Notes under the pieces: model-generated | What the model was told of the DNA's origin: nothing | Seen by the model: only the letters and a program-made list of their open reading frames with translations | Database searches by the model: none | DNA from: Dehalococcoidia bacterium | GTDB lineage: Bacteria; Chloroflexota; Dehalococcoidia; SM23-28-2; HRBIN24 | Length of the DNA stretch: 64,000 bases | Direction: 5' to 3' | Assembly: GCA_035574155.1 (NCBI GenBank) | Contig: DATLZD010000075.1 | Location: forward strand, 5 to 64,004 | Position numbers and translations under genes: made by a program | In this document: positions 8,104-18,189 of the stretch, one piece after another | Numbering within the stretch: position 1 is the stretch's first letter | Layout: every line of letters starts with the position of its first letter

Positions 8104-9651
8104 GTGGTCGCCGCCTACGACTATGTTGTGGTCGGCTCCGGCATCGCCGGCCTCTATGCCGCCCTGTTGGCCGCCGAGCGGGGCACCGTGCTGGTCCTGA
8201 CCAAGGGGGCCATCGACGACGGCAGCACGCGCTGGGCGCAGGGGGGCATAGCTGCGCCGGTGGGGCCCGATGACTCCCCTGAGCTGCACCTGCGGGACAC
8301 CATCGCCGCCGGCGGAGGCCTGGTGGACGAGGCCGCTGCCCGCGTGTTGGTGGAGGAGGCGGCCGAGGCCATCCAGGACCTGGTGCGGCTGGGTGTCCCC
8401 TTCGATACGGTGGAGGGCGAGGTGGCCCTGGCCCGGGAGGGGGGCCACTCGCTGCCCCGCGTCCTCCATGCCGGCGGCGACGCCACCGGCGCCCACATGG
8501 AGGCCACCTTGGCCGCTGCCGTCCGCGCGGCCGGCATTCCGGTGCGGGAGCGCTGCCTGGCCACCCGCATCGTGGTGGAGGACGGGAGGGCAGCGGGGGT
8601 CGAGGTGTTGCACTGGCCCACCGGCCAGCGCCTGGCCTTCGGCTGTCGCTTCTTGGTGCTGGCCACGGGGGGCGCCGGGCGCATGTTCCGTTACACCACC
8701 AACCCGCCCGTGGCCACCGGCGACGGCATCGCTCTGGCCTACCGGGCCGGGGCCGAGGTCATGGACATGGAGTTCGTCCAGTTCCACCCCACCGCCCTCC
8801 GTTGGCCCGGGGCGCCGCCCTTCCTCATCACCGAGGCCGTGCGCGGCGAAGGGGCGGTGTTGCTGAACGCCCGCGGCGAGCGCTTCATGCCCCGCTACCA
8901 CCCTCAAGGCGAGCTGGCCCCCCGCGACGTGGTGGTGAGGGCCATGGTGGCCGAGATGGAGGCCGTGGGGGCCGACCACGTCCTCCTGGACTTGAGCCAT
9001 CTGCCGAGGGAGAGGGTGGTGGCCCGCTTCCCGCAGGTCTACCGCACCTGTATGGAGGTGGGGCTGGACATCACCCGCCGGCCGGTGCCCGTGTCGCCGG
9101 CCGCCCACTACACCATCGGCGGGGTGCGGACCGACCTCTGGGGCCAGACCACCCTGCCCGGCCTCTATGCCTGCGGCGAGTGTGCCTGCACCGGCGTCCA
9201 CGGCGCCAACCGCCTGGCTTCCAATTCCCTGCTGGAGAGCGTGGTCTTCGCCCGGCGGCTGGTCCGACGCACGGCCGAGGCCCCGACCGGCCATGCCCCC
9301 CTCTCTCCGGGGGCCGTGGAGCTGCCACCGCCCGGTCCTGCCGAGGCCCCGGCCCCCTCCCTGGAGGCGCTGCAGTCCCTCATGTGGGAGGAGGTGGGCA
9401 TCGTCCGCGACGGCCCGGGACTGGCGCGAGCGGTCGCCCTGCTGCGGGCGTGGGAGTCGGCCCTGCCGCCCGCCACCGACCGCGCCTCCCACGAGCTGGC
9501 CAACCTGCTGACCTGTGCCCGCCTGACGGCTGAGGCGGCGCTGCTCCGGGAGGAGAGCCGGGGCGTGCACTTCCGCCGTGACTTCCCGCAGCCGCGGGAG
9601 GAGTGGCGGCGGCGCATCGTCTTCCGCCGCGGAGAGGGGCAGGGACGATGA
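8104..9651 (+). CDS. nadB: L-aspartate oxidase
   Basis: GSGIAG FAD motif, AQGGI, EGGHS, QFHPT, EAVRGEG, HYTIGG, HGANRLASNSLLE, ESRGVH. Confidence 0.95.
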   Translation: MVAAYDYVVVGSGIAGLYAALLAAERGTVLVLTKGAIDDGSTRWAQGGIAAPVGPDDSPELHLRDTIAAGGGLVDEAAARVLVEEAAEAIQDLVRLGVPFDTVEGEVALAREGGHSLPRVLHAGGDATGAHMEATLAAAVRAAGIPVRERCLATRIVVEDGRAAGVEVLHWPTGQRLAFGCRFLVLATGGAGRMFRYTTNPPVATGDGIALAYRAGAEVMDMEFVQFHPTALRWPGAPPFLITEAVRGEGAVLLNARGERFMPRYHPQGELAPRDVVVRAMVAEMEAVGADHVLLDLSHLPRERVVARFPQVYRTCMEVGLDITRRPVPVSPAAHYTIGGVRTDLWGQTTLPGLYACGECACTGVHGANRLASNSLLESVVFARRLVRRTAEAPTGHAPLSPGAVELPPPGPAEAPAPSLEALQSLMWEEVGIVRDGPGLARAVALLRAWESALPPATDRASHELANLLTCARLTAEAALLREESRGVHFRRDFPQPREEWRRRIVFRRGEGQGR

Positions 9652-10511
9652 CGACGCCTCCGGCCCTGTCGCTGCATGAGGCGCACCTGCGCCGCCTGGC
9701 CGAGAACGCCCTCCTGGAGGACAGGGCCTATGACGACATCACCACCGCTGCCCTGGTCCCCGAGGGGCAGAGGGGACGGGCGGTCCTGCTGGCCAAGGCC
9801 GAGGGGGTCATCGCCGGGCTGCCGGTGGCCCGGGCCGTCTTCGTTGCTATGGACGCCGCCCTCCGGTTCACCCCCCATGTGGAGGAGGGGGCCCGCGTGG
9901 CCCCCGGCTCACGGCTAGCCACGCTGGAGGGGGCGGTGGCACCCATCCTGCGGGCGGAGCGGGTCGCCCTTAATTACCTGCAGCGCCTGTCGGGCATCGC
10001 CACCCTGACGGCCCGCTATGTGGAGCGGCTGCAGGGCACCGGCACCCGCCTGCGCGACACCCGCAAGACGACTCCCGGCCTGCGCACCCTGGAGAAGTAT
10101 GCTGTCCGCGTGGGCGGCGGCACCAACCACCGACTTAGCCTGGCCGACGGCGTGCTGGTGAAGGACAACCACCTGGCCGCCCTGCGTGCCCGTGGCCTGG
10201 GCATCGGCGATGCCGTCCGCCTGTTGCGGGAGGCCAACCCTGGCATGCCCGTGCAGGTGGAAGTGACGACGTTCCAGGAGGCAGAGCAGGCGCTGGCTGC
10301 GGGCGCCGACTCCCTGCTGCTGGACAACATGCCCCTGGACGAGATGCGCCGAGTGGTGGCCCTGGCCAAGGGCCGCGCTGTCTTGGAGGCCTCGGGGGGC
10401 ATAACCCTTGACAACGTGCGTCAGGTGGCCGAGACGGGGGTGGACTACGTATCGGTGGGGGCCATCACCCATTCGGCCCCAGCCCTGGACATCAGCCTGG
10501 AGCTGGAATGA
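9648..10511 (+). CDS. nadC: Nicotinate-nucleotide pyrophosphorylase (QAPRTase)
   Basis: ERVALN, DTRKTTPG, HRLSL, KDNH, LLDN, EASGG; ATGA overlap with nadB. Confidence 0.95.
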   Translation: MTTPPALSLHEAHLRRLAENALLEDRAYDDITTAALVPEGQRGRAVLLAKAEGVIAGLPVARAVFVAMDAALRFTPHVEEGARVAPGSRLATLEGAVAPILRAERVALNYLQRLSGIATLTARYVERLQGTGTRLRDTRKTTPGLRTLEKYAVRVGGGTNHRLSLADGVLVKDNHLAALRARGLGIGDAVRLLREANPGMPVQVEVTTFQEAEQALAAGADSLLLDNMPLDEMRRVVALAKGRAVLEASGGITLDNVRQVAETGVDYVSVGAITHSAPALDISLELE

Positions 10512-10730
10512 TGGAGGAAGGGCGCCGGGCGAGGTCCTGGCCATCGCCGTGCTGGAGTCGTGGGCCGGCGACGAGTCCGCTGCGTCGGTGGCCCCGGCCG
10601 TAGCTACCGGCTGCGCGCCCCCTCCAGGGCATGGCCGAGGGCTGGCCGGCACTCCGACTGCCAGAGCGGCCGTGTTGCGCGTCATCGGGACCAGCCGGAG
10701 CGGATAAGGCTGAGGGGGACCTAGGGGCAG

Positions 10731-12224
10731 ATGGTCAGCTTGGGGCCCCTCCGTAGGGCCAACCCTGCCCTGTGGGGCGTCCTGGCGCTGCTGGTGGCCG
10801 GCGGAGCCAGCGCCGCCCTCCACCACTTCTTCATCGCCCGTCGCTGGTGGCTGTGGGACATGCTGGGCCGGCCGCGGCGGGAGTTGGCCTTCCTCATCCG
10901 CTACGACTGGGACGACGCTGCCCTGTTCGGACTGCTGGTGGCGGCCCTCTTCGCCCTCTATGGCCTGGCCTGCTGGGGTGCCGCCCAACGGGGCCCCCGC
11001 TGGCTGGACGTCCTGCCGTTCCTCCTGGCGGCCCTGCTGGGGGTGGCCCTGCTGCCCTCCTATCCCGTCACCTCCAACGACATCTTTCACTACATCATGG
11101 AGGGGCGGATCTTCTGGCTCCACGGGGGCAACCCCTTGGTGGAGACGCCGAGCCAGTACTGGTGGGACCGCTACGTGGCCTACTCCGACTGGCTGAACTC
11201 GCCCGCCCCCTACGGTCCCGTCTGGGTCCTGTCCCTCTGGTTCCCGCAGCTGTTGCCCCAGAGGGACCCTGCCCTGGTGGTCCTCTCCTACAAGTCCCTG
11301 GCCCTGGCCTTTCACCTGCTGACGGGGGCGGGGGTCTGGCTGCTGGCGGGGCAGGTGGCACCCGAGCGCCGGCGGCTGGCCGCCACCATCTACACCTGGA
11401 ACCCGCTGCTCCTGTTCGTGACGGCGGTGGACGGGCACAACGATGTAGTGATGATGTGCTTCGCCGTATTCGCCGTCTACTTCGCCGTGCGGGAGCGCTG
11501 GCTCCTGTCGCTGCCGGTGCTGGCCCTGTCCGTCCTCAGCAAGTATGTCACCCTGCTCCTGGTGCCCCTGGTGCTCTGGTATGGCTGGCAAAGGGGTGGC
11601 TGGCGGGGAAGGGCGAGGCTGGCCCTGGGGGCTGGCCTGGCGGTGGCGGTAGGGGCGGCAGCCCTGGCCCCCTTCTGGCGCGGGACCGATACCTTCCGGG
11701 CCCTGACCAGCGACGAGCGGTCCTGGCTCTACGTGTCCCTGTCGGAGAGCCTCTATTTCGGACTCAACGACGTCATGTCCCGGCAGGCGGCCATGGACGT
11801 TGCCCAAGGCATCGCCCTGGCCATCTTCCTGGTGCCCTACGGCGTGGTGTTGTGGCGCTTGAGGGGCGGGGGCGAGGCGCTGGTGCGGGCCTGCTACCAT
11901 GCCCTGTTCTTCTACCTGGTTATCGCCGCCGGCATCTTCAACCCCTGGTACATCACCTGGGTGATGGCCCTGGCGGCGCCCCTGGCCGACCGCGCGGCCC
12001 TGGTGGCCTCGGCCTTCACCCTTATCGGTATGATGGCAGCCCACCGCGGCCCCACCCTCCTGCTCAACTTCCAGCGTCACTGGGGCCTCAGCCCGGGGCG
12101 GCCCCTTATGGCGGCGGTCCAGTTCATACCGGTGGTGCTGCTATGGCTGGCGTTAGAGGCCCGCAGGTTGTATAAGAGGGTGCAGATAGGGGCGAAAACC
12201 GTTGTCCTGGGCAGAAGCGGATAG
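10731..12224 (+). CDS. Polytopic GT-C glycosyltransferase (MptA/B / DUF2029-like)
   Basis: Many TM segments; SNDIFHY, PYGPVW, WNPL, GHNDV, FNPWY motifs. Confidence 0.7.
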   Translation: MVSLGPLRRANPALWGVLALLVAGGASAALHHFFIARRWWLWDMLGRPRRELAFLIRYDWDDAALFGLLVAALFALYGLACWGAAQRGPRWLDVLPFLLAALLGVALLPSYPVTSNDIFHYIMEGRIFWLHGGNPLVETPSQYWWDRYVAYSDWLNSPAPYGPVWVLSLWFPQLLPQRDPALVVLSYKSLALAFHLLTGAGVWLLAGQVAPERRRLAATIYTWNPLLLFVTAVDGHNDVVMMCFAVFAVYFAVRERWLLSLPVLALSVLSKYVTLLLVPLVLWYGWQRGGWRGRARLALGAGLAVAVGAAALAPFWRGTDTFRALTSDERSWLYVSLSESLYFGLNDVMSRQAAMDVAQGIALAIFLVPYGVVLWRLRGGGEALVRACYHALFFYLVIAAGIFNPWYITWVMALAAPLADRAALVASAFTLIGMMAAHRGPTLLLNFQRHWGLSPGRPLMAAVQFIPVVLLWLALEARRLYKRVQIGAKTVVLGRSG

Positions 12225-12354
12225 AAGCCCCATACGTTATTTTAATGTGGGAGGCCCTCTAGGCCCGTGGATGCCCTGGGGGAGCCCCATCGGGCCGGCC
12301 CGAGGGGCCCCGCCAGGCCGAAGGGAGCTCCACCACCGGTGAGGGAGGGTGCCC

Positions 12355-13449
12355 ATGGCTGAAGGCTGCCCCCTGAAGGGGCTTGTCCTCAGCGGGGGAC
12401 AGGGGACCCGTCTGCGCCCGTTCACCTACTGTCAGGCCAAGCAGTTGCTGCCGGTCGCCAACCGGCCTGTCCTCTTCTACGCCTTGGAGCAGATGGCGGA
12501 GGCCGGCATCGACGAGGTGGGCATCGTAGTGGGACAGACGGGCCCCCAGGTCCGCCAGGCGGTGGGTGATGGCTCGGCCTTCGGCCTCCGGGTGACCTAC
12601 ATAGAGCAAGAAGCACCCTTGGGCCTGGCCCACGCCGTGCTGACGGCCCGCCCCTTTCTGGGGGACGGCCCTTTTGTGGTCTTCCTGGGGGACAACTTGG
12701 TGGCCGAGAGCATCCGCCCCCACGTGGAGGCCTTCCTGGAACGGCGTCCCGCCTGCCAGCTGCTGCTGCAGTCCGTGTCCGATCCCCGCTCCTTCGGGGT
12801 GGCGGTGGTGGACGGCCAGCGGGTGGTGCGGGTAGTGGAGAAGCCCCAGGAGCCGCCCTCTGACCTGGCCATCGTGGGCGTATACATGTTCGATGGGGTG
12901 TTGTGGGATGCCCTGTCCGGCCTTCGCCCCTCGTGGCGGAACGAGTTAGAGCTGACCGATGCCATCCAACGGCTTATAGACGGCGGCCAGCGCGTGGAAT
13001 ACAGGTTATTGCAGGGGCCATGGGTTGACGTAGGCTCGCTGGAAAGCATACTAGAAGCGAACCGTGTCGCCCTGCAGCGCCTCTCCGCCCGCAACGAGGG
13101 CGTCGTGGACGCCGAGTCGCTGCTGGAGGGGCCGGTGGTGGTAGAGGCGGGGGCCTGTGTGGAGCGTAGTCGCCTCACAGGCCCCCTGGTCATCGGGTCT
13201 GGGGCACAGGTCCGGGAGTGCAGCCTGGGGCCGTTCGTGGCCATTGGCCGCGACTGCCGCCTGGAAAGGGTCTCCTTACAGGACAGCGTGGTGATGGACG
13301 GGGCCGTATTGGAGCGCATAGCCTGGCCCTTGGAGGGCTGCCTCATAGGCCGCCAGGCGGCCATCAGCGGCCCCTTCGACGACGGCGGCCGCTTTAGCCT
13401 CGCCCTGGCAGACCACTCGCGAATCCGCTTGCTGGACGGGGGGCCATGA
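12355..13449 (+). CDS. rfbA: Glucose-1-phosphate thymidylyltransferase, long form
   Basis: LSGGQGTRLRP, KQLLPVAN, PLGLAHA, EKP, ELELTDA; C-terminal left-handed beta-helix. Confidence 0.85.
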   Translation: MAEGCPLKGLVLSGGQGTRLRPFTYCQAKQLLPVANRPVLFYALEQMAEAGIDEVGIVVGQTGPQVRQAVGDGSAFGLRVTYIEQEAPLGLAHAVLTARPFLGDGPFVVFLGDNLVAESIRPHVEAFLERRPACQLLLQSVSDPRSFGVAVVDGQRVVRVVEKPQEPPSDLAIVGVYMFDGVLWDALSGLRPSWRNELELTDAIQRLIDGGQRVEYRLLQGPWVDVGSLESILEANRVALQRLSARNEGVVDAESLLEGPVVVEAGACVERSRLTGPLVIGSGAQVRECSLGPFVAIGRDCRLERVSLQDSVVMDGAVLERIAWPLEGCLIGRQAAISGPFDDGGRFSLALADHSRIRLLDGGP

Positions 13450-14492
13450 GGAACGGACTGCGCCTGCTGGTGACCGGGGGCTGTGGCTTCATCGGCAGTA
13501 ACTTCATCCTCTACCTGTTGCGCACCTATCAGGACGTCCAGGTTATCAACCTGGACTGCCTCACCTATGCCGGCAACCCCAGCAACCTCCTTGAAGTGGA
13601 GGGCGACCCCCGCTACCGCTTCATCCTGGGGGACGTGCGCGACTCGCGTCTGGTGAACGAGCTGGTGGCGGAGGTGGACTACATCGTCAATTTCGCCGCC
13701 CAGACCCATGTGGACCGTTCCCTCATGGACGGGGCCAGCTTCATCGCCACCAATGTGCACGGCGTGTTCGTGCTGTTGGACGCCTTGCGCCGCCACCGGC
13801 ACCTGCGCAAGCTGGTCCATATCTCCACCGATGAGGTCTACGGCGAGAGCTCCTGGCAGCATCCGGCGCGGGAGGATGACCCGCTGCGTCCGCGCAACCC
13901 CTACGCCGCCAGCAAGGCGGGGGCTGACCTGCTGTGTCTCTCATTCCATGCCGCCCATGGCCTGCCGGTGGTCATCGTTCGCCCGGTGAACATCGTGGGT
14001 CCGCGGCAGCACCCGGAGAAGGTGGTGCCCCTTTTCGTGACCAGCGCCCTACAGGACTTGCCTTTGCCCCTGTACGGCGACGGTCGTCAGGTGCGGGACT
14101 GGCTATACGTAGAGGACTTCTGTCGTGCCCTGGACCTGATCCTGCAGCAGGGGGAGCCGGGCCAGGTCTACAACGTAGGCGCTGACAACCCTCAGGAGAA
14201 CCTCCGCTTGGCCGAGGCCATCCTGGACATCCTGGGCAAGCCCCGCAGCCTCATCCGCTTCGTGGCCGACCGCCCTGGGCACGACCGCTCCTACACCCTG
14301 GACTCCAGCAAGACGCGGCAACTGGGCTGGACACGGGAGGTGGACTTCGCCACTGCCCTGGAGCGGACGGTGACCTGGTACCGCGACAACCCCTGGTGGT
14401 GGCGGCCCATCATCGAGGACCCCGTCTTCCGCGAGTACTATCGTCGCCAGTATGAGAGCCGGCTGCTGCAGGGGGTGCCCTACGGCGGCTAG
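13446..14492 (+). CDS. rfbB: dTDP-glucose 4,6-dehydratase
   Basis: TGGCGFIGS, LTYAG, AAQTHVDRS, STDEVYG, YAASK, DRPGHD. Confidence 0.92.
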   Translation: MRNGLRLLVTGGCGFIGSNFILYLLRTYQDVQVINLDCLTYAGNPSNLLEVEGDPRYRFILGDVRDSRLVNELVAEVDYIVNFAAQTHVDRSLMDGASFIATNVHGVFVLLDALRRHRHLRKLVHISTDEVYGESSWQHPAREDDPLRPRNPYAASKAGADLLCLSFHAAHGLPVVIVRPVNIVGPRQHPEKVVPLFVTSALQDLPLPLYGDGRQVRDWLYVEDFCRALDLILQQGEPGQVYNVGADNPQENLRLAEAILDILGKPRSLIRFVADRPGHDRSYTLDSSKTRQLGWTREVDFATALERTVTWYRDNPWWWRPIIEDPVFREYYRRQYESRLLQGVPYGG

Positions 14493-15631
14493 CCGCCGCG
14501 GCCCGGCGGCGGCTGGGGCGGCCTGCTGTCGGCCAGCGCCGCCCTGACCCCTGCCACCACCGCTGCCGCCTCTTCGTCCGTCAGCTCAGGAAAGAGGGGC
14601 AGCGTCACCACCCGCTGGGCGGCCCACTCGCTCACGGGCAGGTCTCCCTGGCGGTAGCCCAGGCGCCAGTAGGCGGGCTGCAGGTGGACCGGCGTCGGGT
14701 AGTGGACGTCGCTCTCCACCCCCATCCGCTGCAGGCGGAAGCGGAAGTCGTCCCGGTCCTCGACCCGCACCACGAACAGGTGGTAATTGTGGACCGCCCA
14801 GGGCCGCTCCACCGGTAGGGCGAGGGGCCCCTCGGCCAGCTCCTGGCAGTAGCGCTGGGCCAACTGGCGGCGGCGCTGGTTCCAGGCCTCCAAGTGGGGC
14901 AGCTTCACCGACAGGATGGCCGCCTGCAGGTCATCGAAGCGGCTGTTCAGGCTGTGATAGGAGTGGTGGAAGCGGTAGTGCTGGCCGTGGTTCCGCAGCA
15001 TGCGCAGGCGCTGGGCCAGGCTGTCGTCGTTGGTCAACACCATGCCGCCATCGCCCATGGCCCCCAGGTTCTTGGTGGGATAGAAGCTGAAGCAGCCCAG
15101 GTGCCCCAGGCCCCCCACCCGGTGGCCGTCGTAGGTGCTGCCGTGGGCCTGACAAGCGTCCTCCACCAGCAGCAGGCCGCGGCTCTGGGCCAGCTCCTGC
15201 AGGGGGCCCATGTCTGCCGGGTGTCCATACAGGTGCACAGCCACGATGGCGGCCGTGCGGGGCCCGATGGCCGCCCTCACCTGGTCCACGTCGATGGTGT
15301 AGGTGTCAGGCTCGATGTCCACCAGCACCGGCCTGGCGCCGGTGGCCAGGATGGCCGCCACGGTGGGCACCGCCGTGAAGGCGGGGGCAATGACCTCGTC
15401 ACCCTGGCCCACCCTCGCCGCCGTCAGGGCCAGACGGATGGCCTCGGTGCCGCTGCTGACGGCGATGCCGTGCTTGGTGCCCACATACTGGGCGAACTGG
15501 GCCTCGAAGGCCTCCACTGCTGGACCAAGGATGTAGCGGCCGCTGGCCATAACGGCGAGGACAGCCTCCTCTAGTTGCGGGCGCAGGGCTGCATACTGAC
15601 GGGTCAGGTCCACTACCGGCACCATGGTCAT
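14489..15631 (-). CDS. DegT/DnrJ/EryC1/StrS PLP aminotransferase
   Basis: SSGTEA, VHLYG, EDACQAHG, FSFYPTKNLG, GDGG; start set at the ATGA overlap with the upstream gene. Confidence 0.92.
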   Translation of the reverse strand: MTMVPVVDLTRQYAALRPQLEEAVLAVMASGRYILGPAVEAFEAQFAQYVGTKHGIAVSSGTEAIRLALTAARVGQGDEVIAPAFTAVPTVAAILATGARPVLVDIEPDTYTIDVDQVRAAIGPRTAAIVAVHLYGHPADMGPLQELAQSRGLLLVEDACQAHGSTYDGHRVGGLGHLGCFSFYPTKNLGAMGDGGMVLTNDDSLAQRLRMLRNHGQHYRFHHSYHSLNSRFDDLQAAILSVKLPHLEAWNQRRRQLAQRYCQELAEGPLALPVERPWAVHNYHLFVVRVEDRDDFRFRLQRMGVESDVHYPTPVHLQPAYWRLGYRQGDLPVSEWAAQRVVTLPLFPELTDEEAAAVVAGVRAALADSRPPQPPPGRGG

Positions 15632-16632
15632 CGCTCCAGATAGTATTCGCGGTGCTGGCGGAAGAAGTCCAGGGTGCGGGCTAGCCCTTCGGCCAGGGGG
15701 GTGCGGGCCTGCCATCCCAGGAGGGAGGCTATCTTGCGGCAGTCGGCGTAGAAGTCCCCCACCTCGATGCTGGCAGCCTCCCGCGGGAAGGGGACCGTCT
15801 CCACCTTCCCCTGCCCAGCCACCTGGACCACCAGCCGGGCCACTTCGCCCACGCTGGTGGGGGAGCCGCTGGCCACGTTGAAGACCTGCCCCAGGGCCCT
15901 GGGGTCGGCCGCTGCCAGGAGCAGGGCCTCCACCACGTCGTCCACGTAGACCAGGTCACGCTGCTGGCTGCCGTCGCCATAGACCCTGAGGACGCCTCCC
16001 TCCAGGGCCAGCCGCACGAACCAGCCCAGGAAGCCGTGACGGGCGTCCCGCACCGGCATGCGGGGCCCGTACACGTTGGCCAGCCGCATGCAGCAGACCT
16101 GCAACCCGTACACTCGGCTGTAGAGGAGATGGTACTCCTCGGCGGCCTTCTTGTGCACCCCGTTCACATCGGTGGGGCGCTGGGGGTGTTCCTCGTCCAC
16201 TGGGAGGTAAAGGGGACGCCCATACTGGGAGCGGCTGCCGGTGTAGACCACCACCGCCTCCGGACTGGCGGCGCGGACGGCCTCCAGCAGGCAGAGGTGG
16301 GCCCGGCAGTTCATCTCCAGGTCCAGGAGGGGGTCCTCCATGCTGCCCAGGTGGCTGGTGTGGGCGGCCAGGTTGAAGACGGCCTCCTGCCCCTCCAGCA
16401 GCCGCCGGCAGAGGTCGGCGTCACGCATGTCGCCGACGCAGACCTCCACGTCGCCCTGGACGTCCTCCAGGTTGTAGGGGTCACCGCCCTGACCGGGCAG
16501 GAGACAGTCCAGCACCGTCACCCGTGCCCCCAGGGCGGCGAGGCGGCGGGCCAGGTTGCTGCCGATGAAGCCGAGGCCGCCCGTCACCAGCACGCGGCGG
16601 CCCCTTGCCCAGGCGGAGATGTCCACGGTCAT
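15628..16632 (-). CDS. NAD-dependent nucleotide-sugar epimerase/dehydratase
   Basis: MTVDISAW..., TGGLGFIGS, NGVHK (Y-to-N variant of YxxxK), RLANVYGP, RDLVYVDD. Confidence 0.85.
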   Translation of the reverse strand: MTVDISAWARGRRVLVTGGLGFIGSNLARRLAALGARVTVLDCLLPGQGGDPYNLEDVQGDVEVCVGDMRDADLCRRLLEGQEAVFNLAAHTSHLGSMEDPLLDLEMNCRAHLCLLEAVRAASPEAVVVYTGSRSQYGRPLYLPVDEEHPQRPTDVNGVHKKAAEEYHLLYSRVYGLQVCCMRLANVYGPRMPVRDARHGFLGWFVRLALEGGVLRVYGDGSQQRDLVYVDDVVEALLLAAADPRALGQVFNVASGSPTSVGEVARLVVQVAGQGKVETVPFPREAASIEVGDFYADCRKIASLLGWQARTPLAEGLARTLDFFRQHREYYLER

Positions 16633-17375
16633 CCCTGTCGACGGGCCAAGGCCACCACCGAGAGGCCGAAGGGCAGGCGGATGGAGCGCACCAGGGCCGC
16701 CTCCAGCGTCATCAGGGCCAGGCAGGCGCGGTTGATGGGCCCCGGGACCGGCAGCAGGTCGCTCCTGCCGCCGCCGATGCCCGCCCGCTGCAGGAGCCGC
16801 CGCAGGGCGGCGACGGGAAAGAGGACAGTGTTGGCGTAGGTCAGACGCAGCACCGTGAACCCCGTCCGCCGCAGCTTGCGCCCCAACTCGCCAGCCCCGT
16901 AGCGGTGGTGGGTCCGCAGCACGCGGTCGTGGTCCGACCAGAGCCACTGGTAGGCGGGCACGCGCACCAGCAGCGCCCCTCCCGGGCGCAGCACACGGTG
17001 GAACTCGGCCAGGGCCGCCTCATCGGCGCCGGGGGGCAGCTGGCACAGCACATCGAAGGTGGCCAGGGCGTCGAAGGAGCCGTCGGCAAAGGGCAGGGCA
17101 TCGGCCGATGCCAGCAGGAGTGGCCAGGGGCCCCGGCGCCGGCACAGCTCCAGGGCGATGGGCGATACGTCCAGCCCCACCACCTGCTCGGCGTAACGCG
17201 AGAGGAACGCCAGGTTGCCACCGGTCCCGCAGCCCACGTCCAACAGCCGCCGGGCCTGGGTCTCCGGCAGGGAGTCCAGCAGGGCGGCGGCGATGCGGCG
17301 CATGCCCACGAACCACCAGTGGTCCTCCTCCAGGCGGAAGGTGGCCTCGAACTCGGCTCTCTGCAATCCCCTCAC
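16629..17375 (-). CDS. Class I SAM-dependent methyltransferase
   Basis: HWWF, LDVGCGTG, LPFADGSFD, WSDHD, HHRY. Confidence 0.85.
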   Translation of the reverse strand: MRGLQRAEFEATFRLEEDHWWFVGMRRIAAALLDSLPETQARRLLDVGCGTGGNLAFLSRYAEQVVGLDVSPIALELCRRRGPWPLLLASADALPFADGSFDALATFDVLCQLPPGADEAALAEFHRVLRPGGALLVRVPAYQWLWSDHDRVLRTHHRYGAGELGRKLRRTGFTVLRLTYANTVLFPVAALRRLLQRAGIGGGRSDLLPVPGPINRACLALMTLEAALVRSIRLPFGLSVVALARRQG

Positions 17376-18139
17376 TCCCCGTGAGGGAGGCGCTGGGCCG
17401 CCACCTGCTCTGGCTCGGGGACGGGGGGCCGCCGCGCCGCCAGCCGCAGGCGCAGGCGGACCAGGTCGCGCAGGGTGCGCAGGATGCGCCCGGGCCGGAA
17501 GAACTGGGAGCGCCCGTAGGGGCGAGGATAGTGGCGGACGGGCACCTCGGCAAAACGGGCGCCGGCCAGCTGCAGCCCCTTCACCAGCTCCACACAGAAG
17601 GCCCCGCTGTCTAGCCCCAGCTCAAGACGCCCCAGCAGGGCGCGGCGGATGAGACGAAAGTCGCAGTCCACGTCCCGCACCGGTAGCCCGAAGAGGGCGC
17701 GGACGGCCCGGTTGTAGAGGGCGCCGGCCAGCCGACGGTGGAGGCCATCGCCACGCCCCACCTTATAGCCATTGACCACGTCCACCCCCGGGGTCAGGGC
17801 GGCGGCCAAAAGCTCCAGGTCGCGAGGGTCGTACTGGGCATCGCCATCGGTGTAGAAGACGAACTCCTTGCTGGCGGCCAGCAGCCCCGCCCTCACCGCC
17901 GCCCCGTAGCCTCGGTTACGGTCATGGACGATGACCCTGAGCTCCGGCAGGAGGGAGCTGAGCTGGGACAGCACCTGGGGCGCATAGTCGCTACTGCCAT
18001 CGTCCACCACTATGATCTCGTAGTCCTCGGCCAGGCGCGGCAGCAGAGCGCGCACGGCCAGCACCATGCTGGCGATGGTCCCGCCGTCGTTGTAGCAAGG
18101 GAAGACGACGGAGATGCCCGAAAGCCTAGGCGCGGTCAT
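17372..18139 (-). CDS. GT2 glycosyltransferase (polyprenol-phosphate glycosyltransferase-like)
   Basis: VVFPCYND, VVDDGSSD, NRGYGAA, TDGDAQY, DVDCDFRL, EVPVRHYPR. Confidence 0.88.
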   Translation of the reverse strand: MTAPRLSGISVVFPCYNDGGTIASMVLAVRALLPRLAEDYEIIVVDDGSSDYAPQVLSQLSSLLPELRVIVHDRNRGYGAAVRAGLLAASKEFVFYTDGDAQYDPRDLELLAAALTPGVDVVNGYKVGRGDGLHRRLAGALYNRAVRALFGLPVRDVDCDFRLIRRALLGRLELGLDSGAFCVELVKGLQLAGARFAEVPVRHYPRPYGRSQFFRPGRILRTLRDLVRLRLRLAARRPPVPEPEQVAAQRLPHGE

Positions 18140-18167
18140 AGCCTTGGTCCCTGCGGCCGTCACGACG

Positions 18168-18189
18168 ATTATAGAACTTTAATCTTTAA
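18168..18189 (-). promoter_or_regulatory. -10 TATAAT with tandem TTAAAG repeat upstream of the GT2 operon
   Basis: ATTATA 18168-18173; CTTTAA at 18177 and 18184. Confidence 0.45.

Noticed and set aside
10512-10730. Gap after nadC reading EVLAIAVLESW..., similar to the ECF sigma N-terminus (VLAIALSEP)
   Set aside because: The match is too short and there is no convincing start or domain; a pseudogene remnant cannot be supported
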